The notes under the pieces are model-generated. The model made no database searches. It was not told the origin of the DNA and saw nothing but the letters and a program-made list of their open reading frames with translations. A stretch of 64,000 nt of DNA from a virus (Duplodnaviria > Caudoviricetes): IMG/VR virus record IMGVR_UViG_3300042363_000275, positions 10,862 to 74,861 of that record. The stretch is one strand, 5' to 3'. Below are positions 1 to 7,065 of this stretch, piece after piece (within the stretch, counting starts at the first letter, position 1; every line of letters begins with the position of its first letter). The position numbers and the translations under genes are program-made.

Positions 1-9
1 TGACATAAA

Positions 10-150
10 TTACTCACCAAAATTCTGTTTCAATCCGCAATGCGGACAATATAATTCCTTCGGCTTCCAATCATCACTGCTTGCGATGCTCCACCAATTA
101 CGGCAAGAGTCGCAAACGAAATGCCAGATTGTCTCTTTAGAGATGCTCAC
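10..150 (-). CDS. small zinc-ribbon protein (46 aa, not in ORF track)
   Basis: Hand translation from GTG: MSISKETIWHFVCDSCRNWWSIASSDDWKPKELYCPHCGLKQNFGE*. It has two CxxC pairs and a GTGA overlap with the upstream stop. Confidence 0.7.
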   Translation of the reverse strand: MSISKETIWHFVCDSCRNWWSIASSDDWKPKELYCPHCGLKQNFGE

Positions 151-305
151 TTCCCAGTCCCACCGCAAGCATAGCAAACATACAGGCAACCAGTACCCTC
201 TTCGACACCGTGGTCACCAAACCCACCGCAACTTTCGCAGTAGTCAGGTGCCTCTTCAACAGAGAGCCACTGACTGTACTCGGCATACTCGGCATTGTAG
301 TTCAT
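147..305 (-). CDS. small DnaJ-type zinc-finger protein (52 aa, not in ORF track)
   Basis: Hand translation: MNYNAEYAEYSQWLSVEEAPDYCESCGGFGDHGVEEGTGCLYVCYACGGTGK*. It has two CxxCxGxG motifs and an ATGA overlap with the upstream stop. Confidence 0.75.
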   Translation of the reverse strand: MNYNAEYAEYSQWLSVEEAPDYCESCGGFGDHGVEEGTGCLYVCYACGGTGK

Positions 306-478
306 TTTCTATTATCTCGGTCAAGAATAAACTCTACAACCTTTATCTGATATGCAAACCGAATCGGTTCGTGTTTCGGATTAGCAATGTCATCTCCGAA
401 TATTGCTATTGCTTTATCTGTAACCAACCTCGCGAAATTGTTTTTTACAGACTCTGGGCTGTATATTTCTTCAGTCAC
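302..478 (-). CDS. hypothetical phage protein (58 aa, not in ORF track)
   Basis: Hand translation from GTG: MTEEIYSPESVKNNFARLVTDKAIAIFGDDIANPKHEPIRFAYQIKVVEFILDRDNRK*. It is coupled to neighbours at both ends. Confidence 0.65.
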   Translation of the reverse strand: MTEEIYSPESVKNNFARLVTDKAIAIFGDDIANPKHEPIRFAYQIKVVEFILDRDNRK

Positions 479-882
479 TTCTTACTCACCGCACCCACAT
501 GCTTACAGTCACGGCGAAACTCGAAACCCTTACACGAGCAATTGAATTTGCCATTGACTCGAGTCACAAGATATACCTTTTCCTTCGACTTCACCTTCCA
601 TGCTTTTGTCTCGGTAGAAACCTGACTTGCGCCACCGACGATATACTCAATCTTGATAACATGCTGTGACTTTGCATTGTACTCACTCACAGGATGGTCA
701 GGTGCGCCTGTCTCAACTGCGAAATAAAACGGATCGTTGAAGATGGACTTTACAACAAGACCTTCGCGTGTCATCGTGACATAATTGTCATACTCACCAC
801 GATAAGCATAAGTGTTCGGATACATTGTAGTTACACGAACACGCGAGCCAACATTAGGAACTGCAACTGGCATATTAAGCAC
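475..882 (-). CDS. SWIM zinc-finger protein
   Basis: C-terminal CSCKGFEFRRDCKH matches the SWIM CxCx(n)CxH pattern. Confidence 0.7.
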   Translation of the reverse strand: MLNMPVAVPNVGSRVRVTTMYPNTYAYRGEYDNYVTMTREGLVVKSIFNDPFYFAVETGAPDHPVSEYNAKSQHVIKIEYIVGGASQVSTETKAWKVKSKEKVYLVTRVNGKFNCSCKGFEFRRDCKHVGAVSKK

Positions 883-1228
883 CTGTCCATCGATGATTGT
901 TATAAGAACTCACCTCAAGCACATTACCACGCGCAAAGTTCTTCGCGGGAGCAGCCCAAGAAGCAGCCTTCAGAATGTCACCAAACTGAAACTTGCCATG
1001 CGGCTGAATGCAGATGAAACTGTGGACCGAACGCGAACCCCATGAAGACATCACAACCTTGATAAACTTGCGCCCACGCTCAAACCACACATCATACTTA
1101 CCATCGATGGCACCAAACTGTCCCGCAGTGGCGCTGCTCACAAGATCCTTGTTCCAACGATTGTAATCTTTGATCAAATGATCAGCGTACATCGTGAGCG
1201 CAATATCCAAATCATGTTCAGGCATCAT
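875..1228 (-). CDS. conserved phage hypothetical protein
   Basis: Start trimmed to MMPEHDL at 1228, next to the upstream stop. The GRKFIKVV...GDILKAASWAAPAK segment is typical of small phage early proteins. Confidence 0.65.
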   Translation of the reverse strand: MMPEHDLDIALTMYADHLIKDYNRWNKDLVSSATAGQFGAIDGKYDVWFERGRKFIKVVMSSWGSRSVHSFICIQPHGKFQFGDILKAASWAAPAKNFARGNVLEVSSYNNHRWTGA

Positions 1229-1229
1229 A

Positions 1230-1601
1230 TTAGTACCCCACATAAACAGAGCCAGAGAGATAACCATACCGCACACCGAGATGATACTCGAGATATTCGA
1301 CATCGCCATTGGTGTCATACTTGGCATGGAGATGCCGAATTGCATCCTCACGGCGGATACGGTACTTTGAGCACATGGTCGCGATTTCCTTCTCGAGCCG
1401 AGCCTCAGCATCAATCTGCCTGTGACGCTCTTCAAGGGCACTCATTCGCACCCACTCGAGTAGATTATCCCAGATAACTTGCTTGCCATCGTCGGTAGCA
1501 GTATCCCATTGATACCAAAAGGAATCTCCTGGGCGCATATTGTATGCATCCTTGTAGATGTCCGAGACGATATCTTGGTCGAATGTGTATTGCTTTTCCA
1601 T
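1230..1601 (-). CDS. conserved phage hypothetical protein, probably leaderless
   Basis: ORF track. The ATG lies 6 nt downstream of a -10 box. Confidence 0.7.
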   Translation of the reverse strand: MEKQYTFDQDIVSDIYKDAYNMRPGDSFWYQWDTATDDGKQVIWDNLLEWVRMSALEERHRQIDAEARLEKEIATMCSKYRIRREDAIRHLHAKYDTNGDVEYLEYHLGVRYGYLSGSVYVGY

Positions 1602-1710
1602 ACAACTATTATCGTATAAACCGATAAAAAGGTAAAGAGAAAAAACTCTAATGGAATCAATAACTTGCGTGTGCCCCTGAAACCTCCTGCAATCGGTTTG
1701 CAGCGGTCCT
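1602..1710 (-). promoter_or_regulatory. sigma70-type early promoter with IHF site and upstream dyad (copy 1)
   Basis: TTTACC (1636-1631), 17 bp, GATAAT (1613-1608). IHF consensus WATCAANNNNTTR at 1655-1667. Dyad CTGCAA-N5-TTGCAG at 1687-1703. Confidence 0.75.
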
Positions 1711-1765
1711 CTACAGGTGGATAGGTTGGGTTGGGGTCAGCCTGGAAACGGCTGCAATGAGTCCG

Positions 1766-1951
1766 TTATCGGGGGTCGTTGTCAAACTCATCGAACAGGT
1801 CTTCTTCGTCTTCCATTTCTGCATCATCTTGCACTTTGTTGGGGTTGAACCGCCAACGAGACTCATCCTTAAGACGACGCTGCTTTAGACCTTCAGTATC
1901 GCGATTGTAGTTCTTGTTCTCACGATACTCATACTTCTTCTTGCTAGACAT
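1766..1951 (-). CDS. small charged hypothetical protein
   Basis: ORF track. It abuts the upstream gene, and has a basic N-terminus and an acidic C-terminus. Confidence 0.6.
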   Translation of the reverse strand: MSSKKKYEYRENKNYNRDTEGLKQRRLKDESRWRFNPNKVQDDAEMEDEEDLFDEFDNDPR

Positions 1952-1952
1952 A

Positions 1953-2486
1953 TTACTTACTCAAACGCTCCTCTTTTAATTTCGCACAAAAGATTCTATA
2001 CAAACCCCACTCGCGCCCATAGGCTTCGATTTCCCATGGACAATCAAAATACTTTTCTTCGTCCATGTAATGTGAGGCATCAAAGAACAATCCCTTGAAT
2101 CGGACATCACCGCTCTTATAGTCAAACAACTCATTGTTGAGATATTGCTTGACGTGAGTCAGTTCATGTCCAAGATCAATGAGAATATTCTTCAATCTTG
2201 TTTGTGGCTTCTTGCCCAATTTATTAATGCGTTTGTAATTGAGAACAACAGTAAACTTCTTGTTGCCTTCTTCGTCTAGACCGTCGTGAGTAACCCACGC
2301 TTTGTATGTCTTTAAGTCAAGAAGATCCGCAGCAGTTTTCATCTCATCTTCGCCAAGAACTTTGATGTTGATTTTTGCTCTTTTTTGAACCGATGGGCGG
2401 ACCATACGATTTAGAACAAATCTAGAATACTTCCGAATCATGGCAGAATCGGACTTCTTGAGATAATTGCTAGTGACTGCAACCAT
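1953..2486 (-). CDS. putative zincin metallopeptidase
   Basis: HELTH (HExxH) motif plus downstream PWEIEAY. Confidence 0.65.
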   Translation of the reverse strand: MVAVTSNYLKKSDSAMIRKYSRFVLNRMVRPSVQKRAKINIKVLGEDEMKTAADLLDLKTYKAWVTHDGLDEEGNKKFTVVLNYKRINKLGKKPQTRLKNILIDLGHELTHVKQYLNNELFDYKSGDVRFKGLFFDASHYMDEEKYFDCPWEIEAYGREWGLYRIFCAKLKEERLSK

Positions 2487-2487
2487 T

Positions 2488-3588
2488 TTACTCCACTCGC
2501 AGTAGGATTGTATCCTTATTGATTCGACCGTTCAGTTCCACAGGCTTGGAATTAATCTCGCCCATCACCTTACGCAATACAACCTTACCACCATCCAAGA
2601 CTCGGGACAGAACATCCTTCGGCTTGCGGAGAGTTTTGCTCACCGACTCACCATATTTATAGTTCTGAATGGCTGAACCCTTTACATCCAGACCCGCTGC
2701 ATCGGCGGCTACATAGACGCCCAATCGCCGAGTCTTGGTATTATAAATCCACAACTTCTCGGCTCCGATAATCTTCACAGGATCGATCGAAACCAACTTG
2801 TTATCGATATCGTCCTTCTTGAACTTGAGATTTTTAATCTTCTTCTCAAAGGAGATTGGCTTCTTCTTGCGCGGCTTACGAGCAGCACTCTTGTTAGATG
2901 CCAACTTCTCAGCATCGGTCGCAATCAGACCAAAGAACTTCGCGCCCTCGATCATCTCTTTGCGAGGACGAGGATACGATTCTTTCACATACTCATCCTT
3001 GGACTCAATAATCTCAATCCAGTCAGCAGTACGCTTCTTGAAGTATTCTGCAATCTTCGAAGCATGCATTGGCTTGACTTCGTTCTCAATCATCCATGTG
3101 TAGGGAACAAATCCCACCCCAGATTGTCTGTGCCAGACTTCGTCGAACTTGGCTTCGAGTTCCATGACGAAGAAGTCGACTTTGGACTGGACTCGCTCTT
3201 GGATTGAGACGACGTTGCTGGTATTGACGACTGGGACTCCAAGATTCTTTTCAGTGACAATCTTGTCCAGGCGACCTCGAAATACATCCATGCGCTCCTT
3301 AAAATTGTTGAAAGTGGTATCAGGAACCCATGCGCCACGACTGAGGCATCGCGCCACCCATCCGTCGACGATGTTCCAGGAATCGTTGAGATAATCTGCT
3401 GCTTGCTTTTGCAGCGGAGTGATCTCATTGTTCTTGACAAGATACTCAATCAGATACTTGCGAGCATCTTTGTTGTTCTTGTTATCGGTGTACCACTGAA
3501 ATGCGCGAACCAATTCAAATTGGCTGCAAGGCTCAGTGCGCTTTTCCCAGGTGGGTTCGGGAACAACCTTTGGTATGTACTTTGCCAT
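2488..3588 (-). CDS. conserved T4-like phage hypothetical protein
   Basis: 366 aa ORF with a conserved-looking C-terminus (IIGAEKLWIYNTKTR...NGRINKDTILLRV). A strong promoter lies directly upstream. Confidence 0.7.
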   Translation of the reverse strand: MAKYIPKVVPEPTWEKRTEPCSQFELVRAFQWYTDNKNNKDARKYLIEYLVKNNEITPLQKQAADYLNDSWNIVDGWVARCLSRGAWVPDTTFNNFKERMDVFRGRLDKIVTEKNLGVPVVNTSNVVSIQERVQSKVDFFVMELEAKFDEVWHRQSGVGFVPYTWMIENEVKPMHASKIAEYFKKRTADWIEIIESKDEYVKESYPRPRKEMIEGAKFFGLIATDAEKLASNKSAARKPRKKKPISFEKKIKNLKFKKDDIDNKLVSIDPVKIIGAEKLWIYNTKTRRLGVYVAADAAGLDVKGSAIQNYKYGESVSKTLRKPKDVLSRVLDGGKVVLRKVMGEINSKPVELNGRINKDTILLRVE

Positions 3589-3624
3589 ATAAACTATTAT
3601 ACCTTTACAAATTTAATTTGTCAA
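3589..3624 (-). promoter_or_regulatory. consensus sigma70 promoter, leaderless transcript
   Basis: TTGACA (3624-3619), 17 bp, TATAAT (3601-3596). The ATG follows 7 nt later. Confidence 0.85.
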
Positions 3625-3659
3625 CAGCAATAATTAGGATTGCTTGCTCACGGCTTGAC

Positions 3660-3725
3660 CTACTTCGATGCCCACGCCATAAACCTGCGCCAGACCCAAG
3701 CCAACACCCGTTCAAGTACGCTCAC
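3660..3725 (-). CDS. mini-ORF or gene remnant (21 aa)
   Basis: Hand translation from GTG: MSVLERVLAWVWRRFMAWASK*. It has a strong SD (GGAGGTG) and a GTGA coupling. Confidence 0.45.
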   Translation of the reverse strand: MSVLERVLAWVWRRFMAWASK

Positions 3726-3737
3726 GGCTTCACCTCC
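3718..3737 (-). repeat. 20-bp gene-junction repeat GGAGGTGAAGCCGTGAGCGT
   Basis: Identical copy at 4348-4367. A 15/16 copy lies at 3646-3661. Confidence 0.9.
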
Positions 3738-3784
3738 TTAATCGCGTCGATGGCATATTCGGCATATTCGGCATTGTAGTTCAT
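3722..3784 (-). CDS. chimeric mini-ORF (20 aa)
   Basis: Hand translation: MNYNAEYAEYAIDAIKEVKP*. The N-terminus is shared with the 305..147 gene and the C-terminus with the 4699..4352 gene. Confidence 0.5.
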   Translation of the reverse strand: MNYNAEYAEYAIDAIKEVKP

Positions 3785-4008
3785 TGCTCAAACCTCATGT
3801 TCCACTCTTTCATTCTCTGCCAATGCGGAGAAGTCGATTTCCTTCCCTTCGGAGTTTCGCAAACATACCCAGCATCACTACCGCACTTGGGGCATTTCAC
3901 ATGGCGTGTGGCGTCGGTATAACGCCATCCTGTGAGTTGACCGCCAATCGTGTGGCGTGGCGTTGAATCGTATTGCGTCCAACCCATATGGGGATGGCGA
4001 TTCATCAC
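3781..4008 (-). CDS. small zinc-finger protein
   Basis: CPKC-x7-C-x10-H arrangement. Confidence 0.55.
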   Translation of the reverse strand: MMNRHPHMGWTQYDSTPRHTIGGQLTGWRYTDATRHVKCPKCGSDAGYVCETPKGRKSTSPHWQRMKEWNMRFEQ

Positions 4009-4355
4009 TTTATTAACCCATAACGATGCTTGATGTCTCTAATGACCTCAGCCAAGATTTCTTCTTTCGCTTCGCATCGGATATAGTATTCTTCTTCTTG
4101 GTAGTGTTGCGGTTTAGCGTAGTATCCGCGCTCATACTCCAAATCTGATAACACCTCCTCAAAACAATCTGGAAAATCGCAATCAGGCTCTCCGATTCTG
4201 CGACACTCCGAGCACGGCTCACCCTCATCAAGTGCACGCCTGACCGTATCCGAAACGGTCAGCGACTCGCTGTTTTTTTCGCGCTTCGCTGCTTGTGTGC
4301 GGCGACGAGACTGCAACGCCGCAAATGCTGCTGCTCCCATGTAGTGAACGCTCAC
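4005..4355 (-). CDS. hypothetical protein
   Basis: GTG start lies in the junction repeat, with SD GGAGG. Contains a Cys cluster. Confidence 0.6.
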   Translation of the reverse strand: MSVHYMGAAAFAALQSRRRTQAAKREKNSESLTVSDTVRRALDEGEPCSECRRIGEPDCDFPDCFEEVLSDLEYERGYYAKPQHYQEEEYYIRCEAKEEILAEVIRDIKHRYGLIK

Positions 4356-4699
4356 GGCTTCACCTCCGTCGCCTTCGACTTCTTCAAATTCTCATCGCGC
4401 TCTTTCTTGGCTCGGAGAGACTTGGAGATTCTGTGATTCTCAGGCAGCAAGTCAAGACGGTCAATCTCGACGAGTTCAAGACACTCCTCAGGATACCAAG
4501 AAGAATCATTCTTTCGTTCGATGATATGAAGAATATACTCTTTGTGGGCACCCACGGTCGCGCCGCCCTGGTCAGCATCTGAGCCAATAACAATCGCCAG
4601 ACCACTAGAAAAATGACTCATCCACGGAGGGAGATTTGAAATCATCACCAAGTCACCTTGGAAAAACTTTTGAACCTTCACATTCTTGCTCTTCATCAC
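4352..4699 (-). CDS. hypothetical protein (possible KOW/SH3-like fold)
   Basis: ORF track. SD GGAGA upstream. GDLVMI...AIVIG pattern. Confidence 0.6.
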   Translation of the reverse strand: MMKSKNVKVQKFFQGDLVMISNLPPWMSHFSSGLAIVIGSDADQGGATVGAHKEYILHIIERKNDSSWYPEECLELVEIDRLDLLPENHRISKSLRAKKERDENLKKSKATEVKP

Positions 4700-4714
4700 T
4701 CTTCTCCTCTAAAA

Positions 4715-5584
4715 TTAGGCAGCGTTGCGGAAGCAGGTCTGCTTCGCGAGTTTCTGCCAGTTCTTTTTGTCCATCTTATACAGACCAGAGATCTTGACAA
4801 CCATACGCAGCGACAACTCACGCAGCCGCTCCATGTTGTTCTCGATAAACTCAAGAATCATCGTCTGCTCAGCAGCGTTGAAGCCACGGTCACGCAGCAT
4901 GCCACCACGGACAACCTGTCGAATGCGAACGATATAATCCATCTTCGTCTTCATCGCAAGATCAAGATAGTGCGACCGAGAAACGAGAGCCTGGAAGTGC
5001 GGAGCCAACTTGTTGCCCGACTCAATCATCGCATCGAAATCGTAGTTGGTGATGAAGATGATGCTACCCTGGAATTCAAACTTCTCGGGGATGCTCTCGC
5101 CTTCCTCATCTTCTTCCTTCTCGATGGACTTTGACAGCCAGTGAAGAACGCGACGCTCGGTCGAGTCACATGCACCCTTCAGAAGATTCATGCTCACATC
5201 ATCGTAGAAAACCGAGTCCGAGTCGTCGAACACCAGAACAGAATTCGGATGGCGCGTTTCGTACAGCAACTTGTACAACGCAAGAGGACGCACATAACCC
5301 TTGATATAGGTCACGCTATGACCCTTCTGCTCAAGTTCAGTCAACTTGGCTTCGACCGTGAAGGACTTGCCGAGACCAGCAGGACCAGAAACGATGAGCG
5401 AGCGATTGATGCCCTTGCCTGTCGCCTCTGACATAATTGCGAGAGCCTCGAAACGGTCGGCGAGTTTGGATTCAATCTCGGCGACGGTCTCAACGCGAAC
5501 AGGCTTTACAACCTGAGTCGCGAAATTGACAGCCTGACGCTTGCGCGTCATACGGAAACCAGACTTGGGAACGCCACGAGGCAT
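4715..5584 (-). CDS. phage AAA-family ATPase
   Basis: Walker A GPAGLGKS and Walker B LVFDD. Confidence 0.85.
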   Translation of the reverse strand: MPRGVPKSGFRMTRKRQAVNFATQVVKPVRVETVAEIESKLADRFEALAIMSEATGKGINRSLIVSGPAGLGKSFTVEAKLTELEQKGHSVTYIKGYVRPLALYKLLYETRHPNSVLVFDDSDSVFYDDVSMNLLKGACDSTERRVLHWLSKSIEKEEDEEGESIPEKFEFQGSIIFITNYDFDAMIESGNKLAPHFQALVSRSHYLDLAMKTKMDYIVRIRQVVRGGMLRDRGFNAAEQTMILEFIENNMERLRELSLRMVVKISGLYKMDKKNWQKLAKQTCFRNAA

Positions 5585-5610
5585 CAGATATTCACCTTGT
5601 TATTCATCAT
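5584..5610 (-). CDS. leaderless 8-codon upstream ORF MMNNKVNI
   Basis: The ATG is 6 nt after the -10 box. Its stop overlaps the ATPase start (TGATG). Confidence 0.4.
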   Translation of the reverse strand: MMNNKVNI

Positions 5611-5718
5611 AAGACTATTATCGGTTATTCTTGCTAAAAAGTAAATAAGAATAATTCTAATAAAATCAATAACTTACGCAAGTCCTTCCAGACCTCCTGC
5701 AATCCTATTGCAGCGGTC
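5611..5718 (-). promoter_or_regulatory. sigma70-type early promoter with IHF site and upstream dyad (copy 2)
   Basis: TTTACT (5645-5640), 17 bp, GATAAT (5622-5617). IHF site 5664-5676. Dyad 5697-5713. Confidence 0.75.
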
Positions 5719-5719
5719 T

Positions 5720-5746
5720 AAAAAAAGGGGGACCCGAAGGTCCCCC
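5720..5746 (-). terminator. Rho-independent terminator with UUCG tetraloop
   Basis: GGGGGACC-TTCG-GGTCCCCC followed by T7 on the minus strand. Confidence 0.95.
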
Positions 5747-5752
5747 AGGCAA

Positions 5753-5956
5753 TTACTCCGTGATAATATCGGTCGTTTCGCCGCTACCGTCGTCGGTAAT
5801 CTCTTCGACCCAGCGTGTTAGTTCGCTCTCGCGGTATAACTTGAGTGCCTTTTCGCGGCTCTTGGTCGTGAGAATTTGCTTATTCCCTCTGACTCGCGCT
5901 CCTGTAATTGGGTGGTTGACTATGGCGTTTTCGTATACTTCGTAATAGATTTTCAT
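5753..5956 (-). CDS. small hypothetical protein
   Basis: ORF track, with the start trimmed to ATG at 5956. It has its own promoter and terminator. Confidence 0.65.
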   Translation of the reverse strand: MKIYYEVYENAIVNHPITGARVRGNKQILTTKSREKALKLYRESELTRWVEEITDDGSGETTDIITE

Positions 5957-6024
5957 ACTCAACCATTATAGTACAAAACCTATAATTTGTAAACACAAAA
6001 AACTCTAATAAAATCAATGACTTG
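5957..6024 (-). promoter_or_regulatory. sigma70-type early promoter with IHF site (copy 3)
   Basis: TTTACA (5993-5988), 17 bp, TATAAT (5970-5965). IHF site 6012-6024. Confidence 0.8.
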
Positions 6025-6030
6025 TGCAAA

Positions 6031-7065
6031 CTATTGATTTTTATAGATATATTCTACAAATTGGCTCGCCGACTTTTTCCAGTTCTTATCTTTTACGCTC
6101 AGATGAGTTGAGCCGCGATCAACTTCGAGGGCGAAACAAACAGCAGTAGACAAATCTACATCAACGAACCCATTCACACCATTTTGAATTTGATCAATTG
6201 GTCCTGTTACTGGGTAAGCAGCTACTGGTGTTCCGCATGCCATCGCTTCAAGAATCACGATTCCATAAGTGTCTACTCTACTTGGAAATACAAACACATC
6301 TGCGAGTTGATAACATCTTGCCAACTCTTCACCGAATTTATATCCAAGAAATCGAATGTGTGGATATTTCTTTTGCAATTTCTTTCTATATGGTCCATCA
6401 CCGACGATAACTTTAATAACTTCTACCGATGGCGCAACGCAACTAGAAACATCTAATTCACAAAATGCATCTAGATTCTTTTCTTTACTCACACGCCCAG
6501 CGTATAATAGAACAACTCTGTTGTCCTTGTATTTGTCATTGAATCGAAAATGGAAGTCATATCCCTTATCAAGAACAACTGAGTTCCAATTTGAATTTTC
6601 TTTCGCGTTAGATTCAGAGGAACACATCACATACTTTGCGTTCTTATGAAACCAGTTGAAGTACCATTTAGTCCACGAAACTGGAACACCGAACATCTCA
6701 TTAAAGAACTCTGGGAACTTCGTATGGTAAGAAGTCGTATACTGTATTCCAAGTTTCTCAAGAACTCGTTTGGCTTGTAGACCAAGAATGCCTTCCGTGG
6801 CAATGTGGTACTTTGTGTCATATCCTAGCATATGCCAATGCTCATCTCGCGTTTCAATTATTTTAAACATCTTCTTGTAACTGCAAAATGGAAGCGGCAC
6901 TTCTTTATAGAATGGCACTTTGATATTGCTGAATAATCCTGGATGAATAACATCAACTGTTATTTCAGGAGGCAAATTTGCAATAATGTTCTTATAGGTG
7001 GTTACAACACCATTTACTTGCGGTTCCCAAGCATCTGTAATGAGAACTATTTTCGTCCGAGCCAT
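6031..7065 (-). CDS. agt: GT4 glycosyltransferase, Agt-like diacylglycerol glycosyltransferase
   Basis: ITDAWEPQVNGVV, HIATEG.LG, TTSYHTKFPE, GRVSKEKNL and ADVFVFPSRVDTYG...LEAMACGTPVAAYPVTGP. These motifs resemble the Agt family as recalled. The gene overlaps the plcP-like gene. Confidence 0.75.
   Translation of the reverse strand: MARTKIVLITDAWEPQVNGVVTTYKNIIANLPPEITVDVIHPGLFSNIKVPFYKEVPLPFCSYKKMFKIIETRDEHWHMLGYDTKYHIATEGILGLQAKRVLEKLGIQYTTSYHTKFPEFFNEMFGVPVSWTKWYFNWFHKNAKYVMCSSESNAKENSNWNSVVLDKGYDFHFRFNDKYKDNRVVLLYAGRVSKEKNLDAFCELDVSSCVAPSVEVIKVIVGDGPYRKKLQKKYPHIRFLGYKFGEELARCYQLADVFVFPSRVDTYGIVILEAMACGTPVAAYPVTGPIDQIQNGVNGFVDVDLSTAVCFALEVDRGSTHLSVKDKNWKKSASQFVEYIYKNQ

Noticed and set aside
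1700-1765. Intergenic hairpin CAGCC/GGCTG and C-rich tract as a tRNA or terminator
   Set aside because: There is no cloverleaf, TTCG arm or U-tract, so there is too little support to call.
3646-4367. Junction repeats as a CRISPR array
   Set aside because: There are only three copies, spacing is irregular (72 and 630 bp), the intervals are coding, and no cas genes are present.
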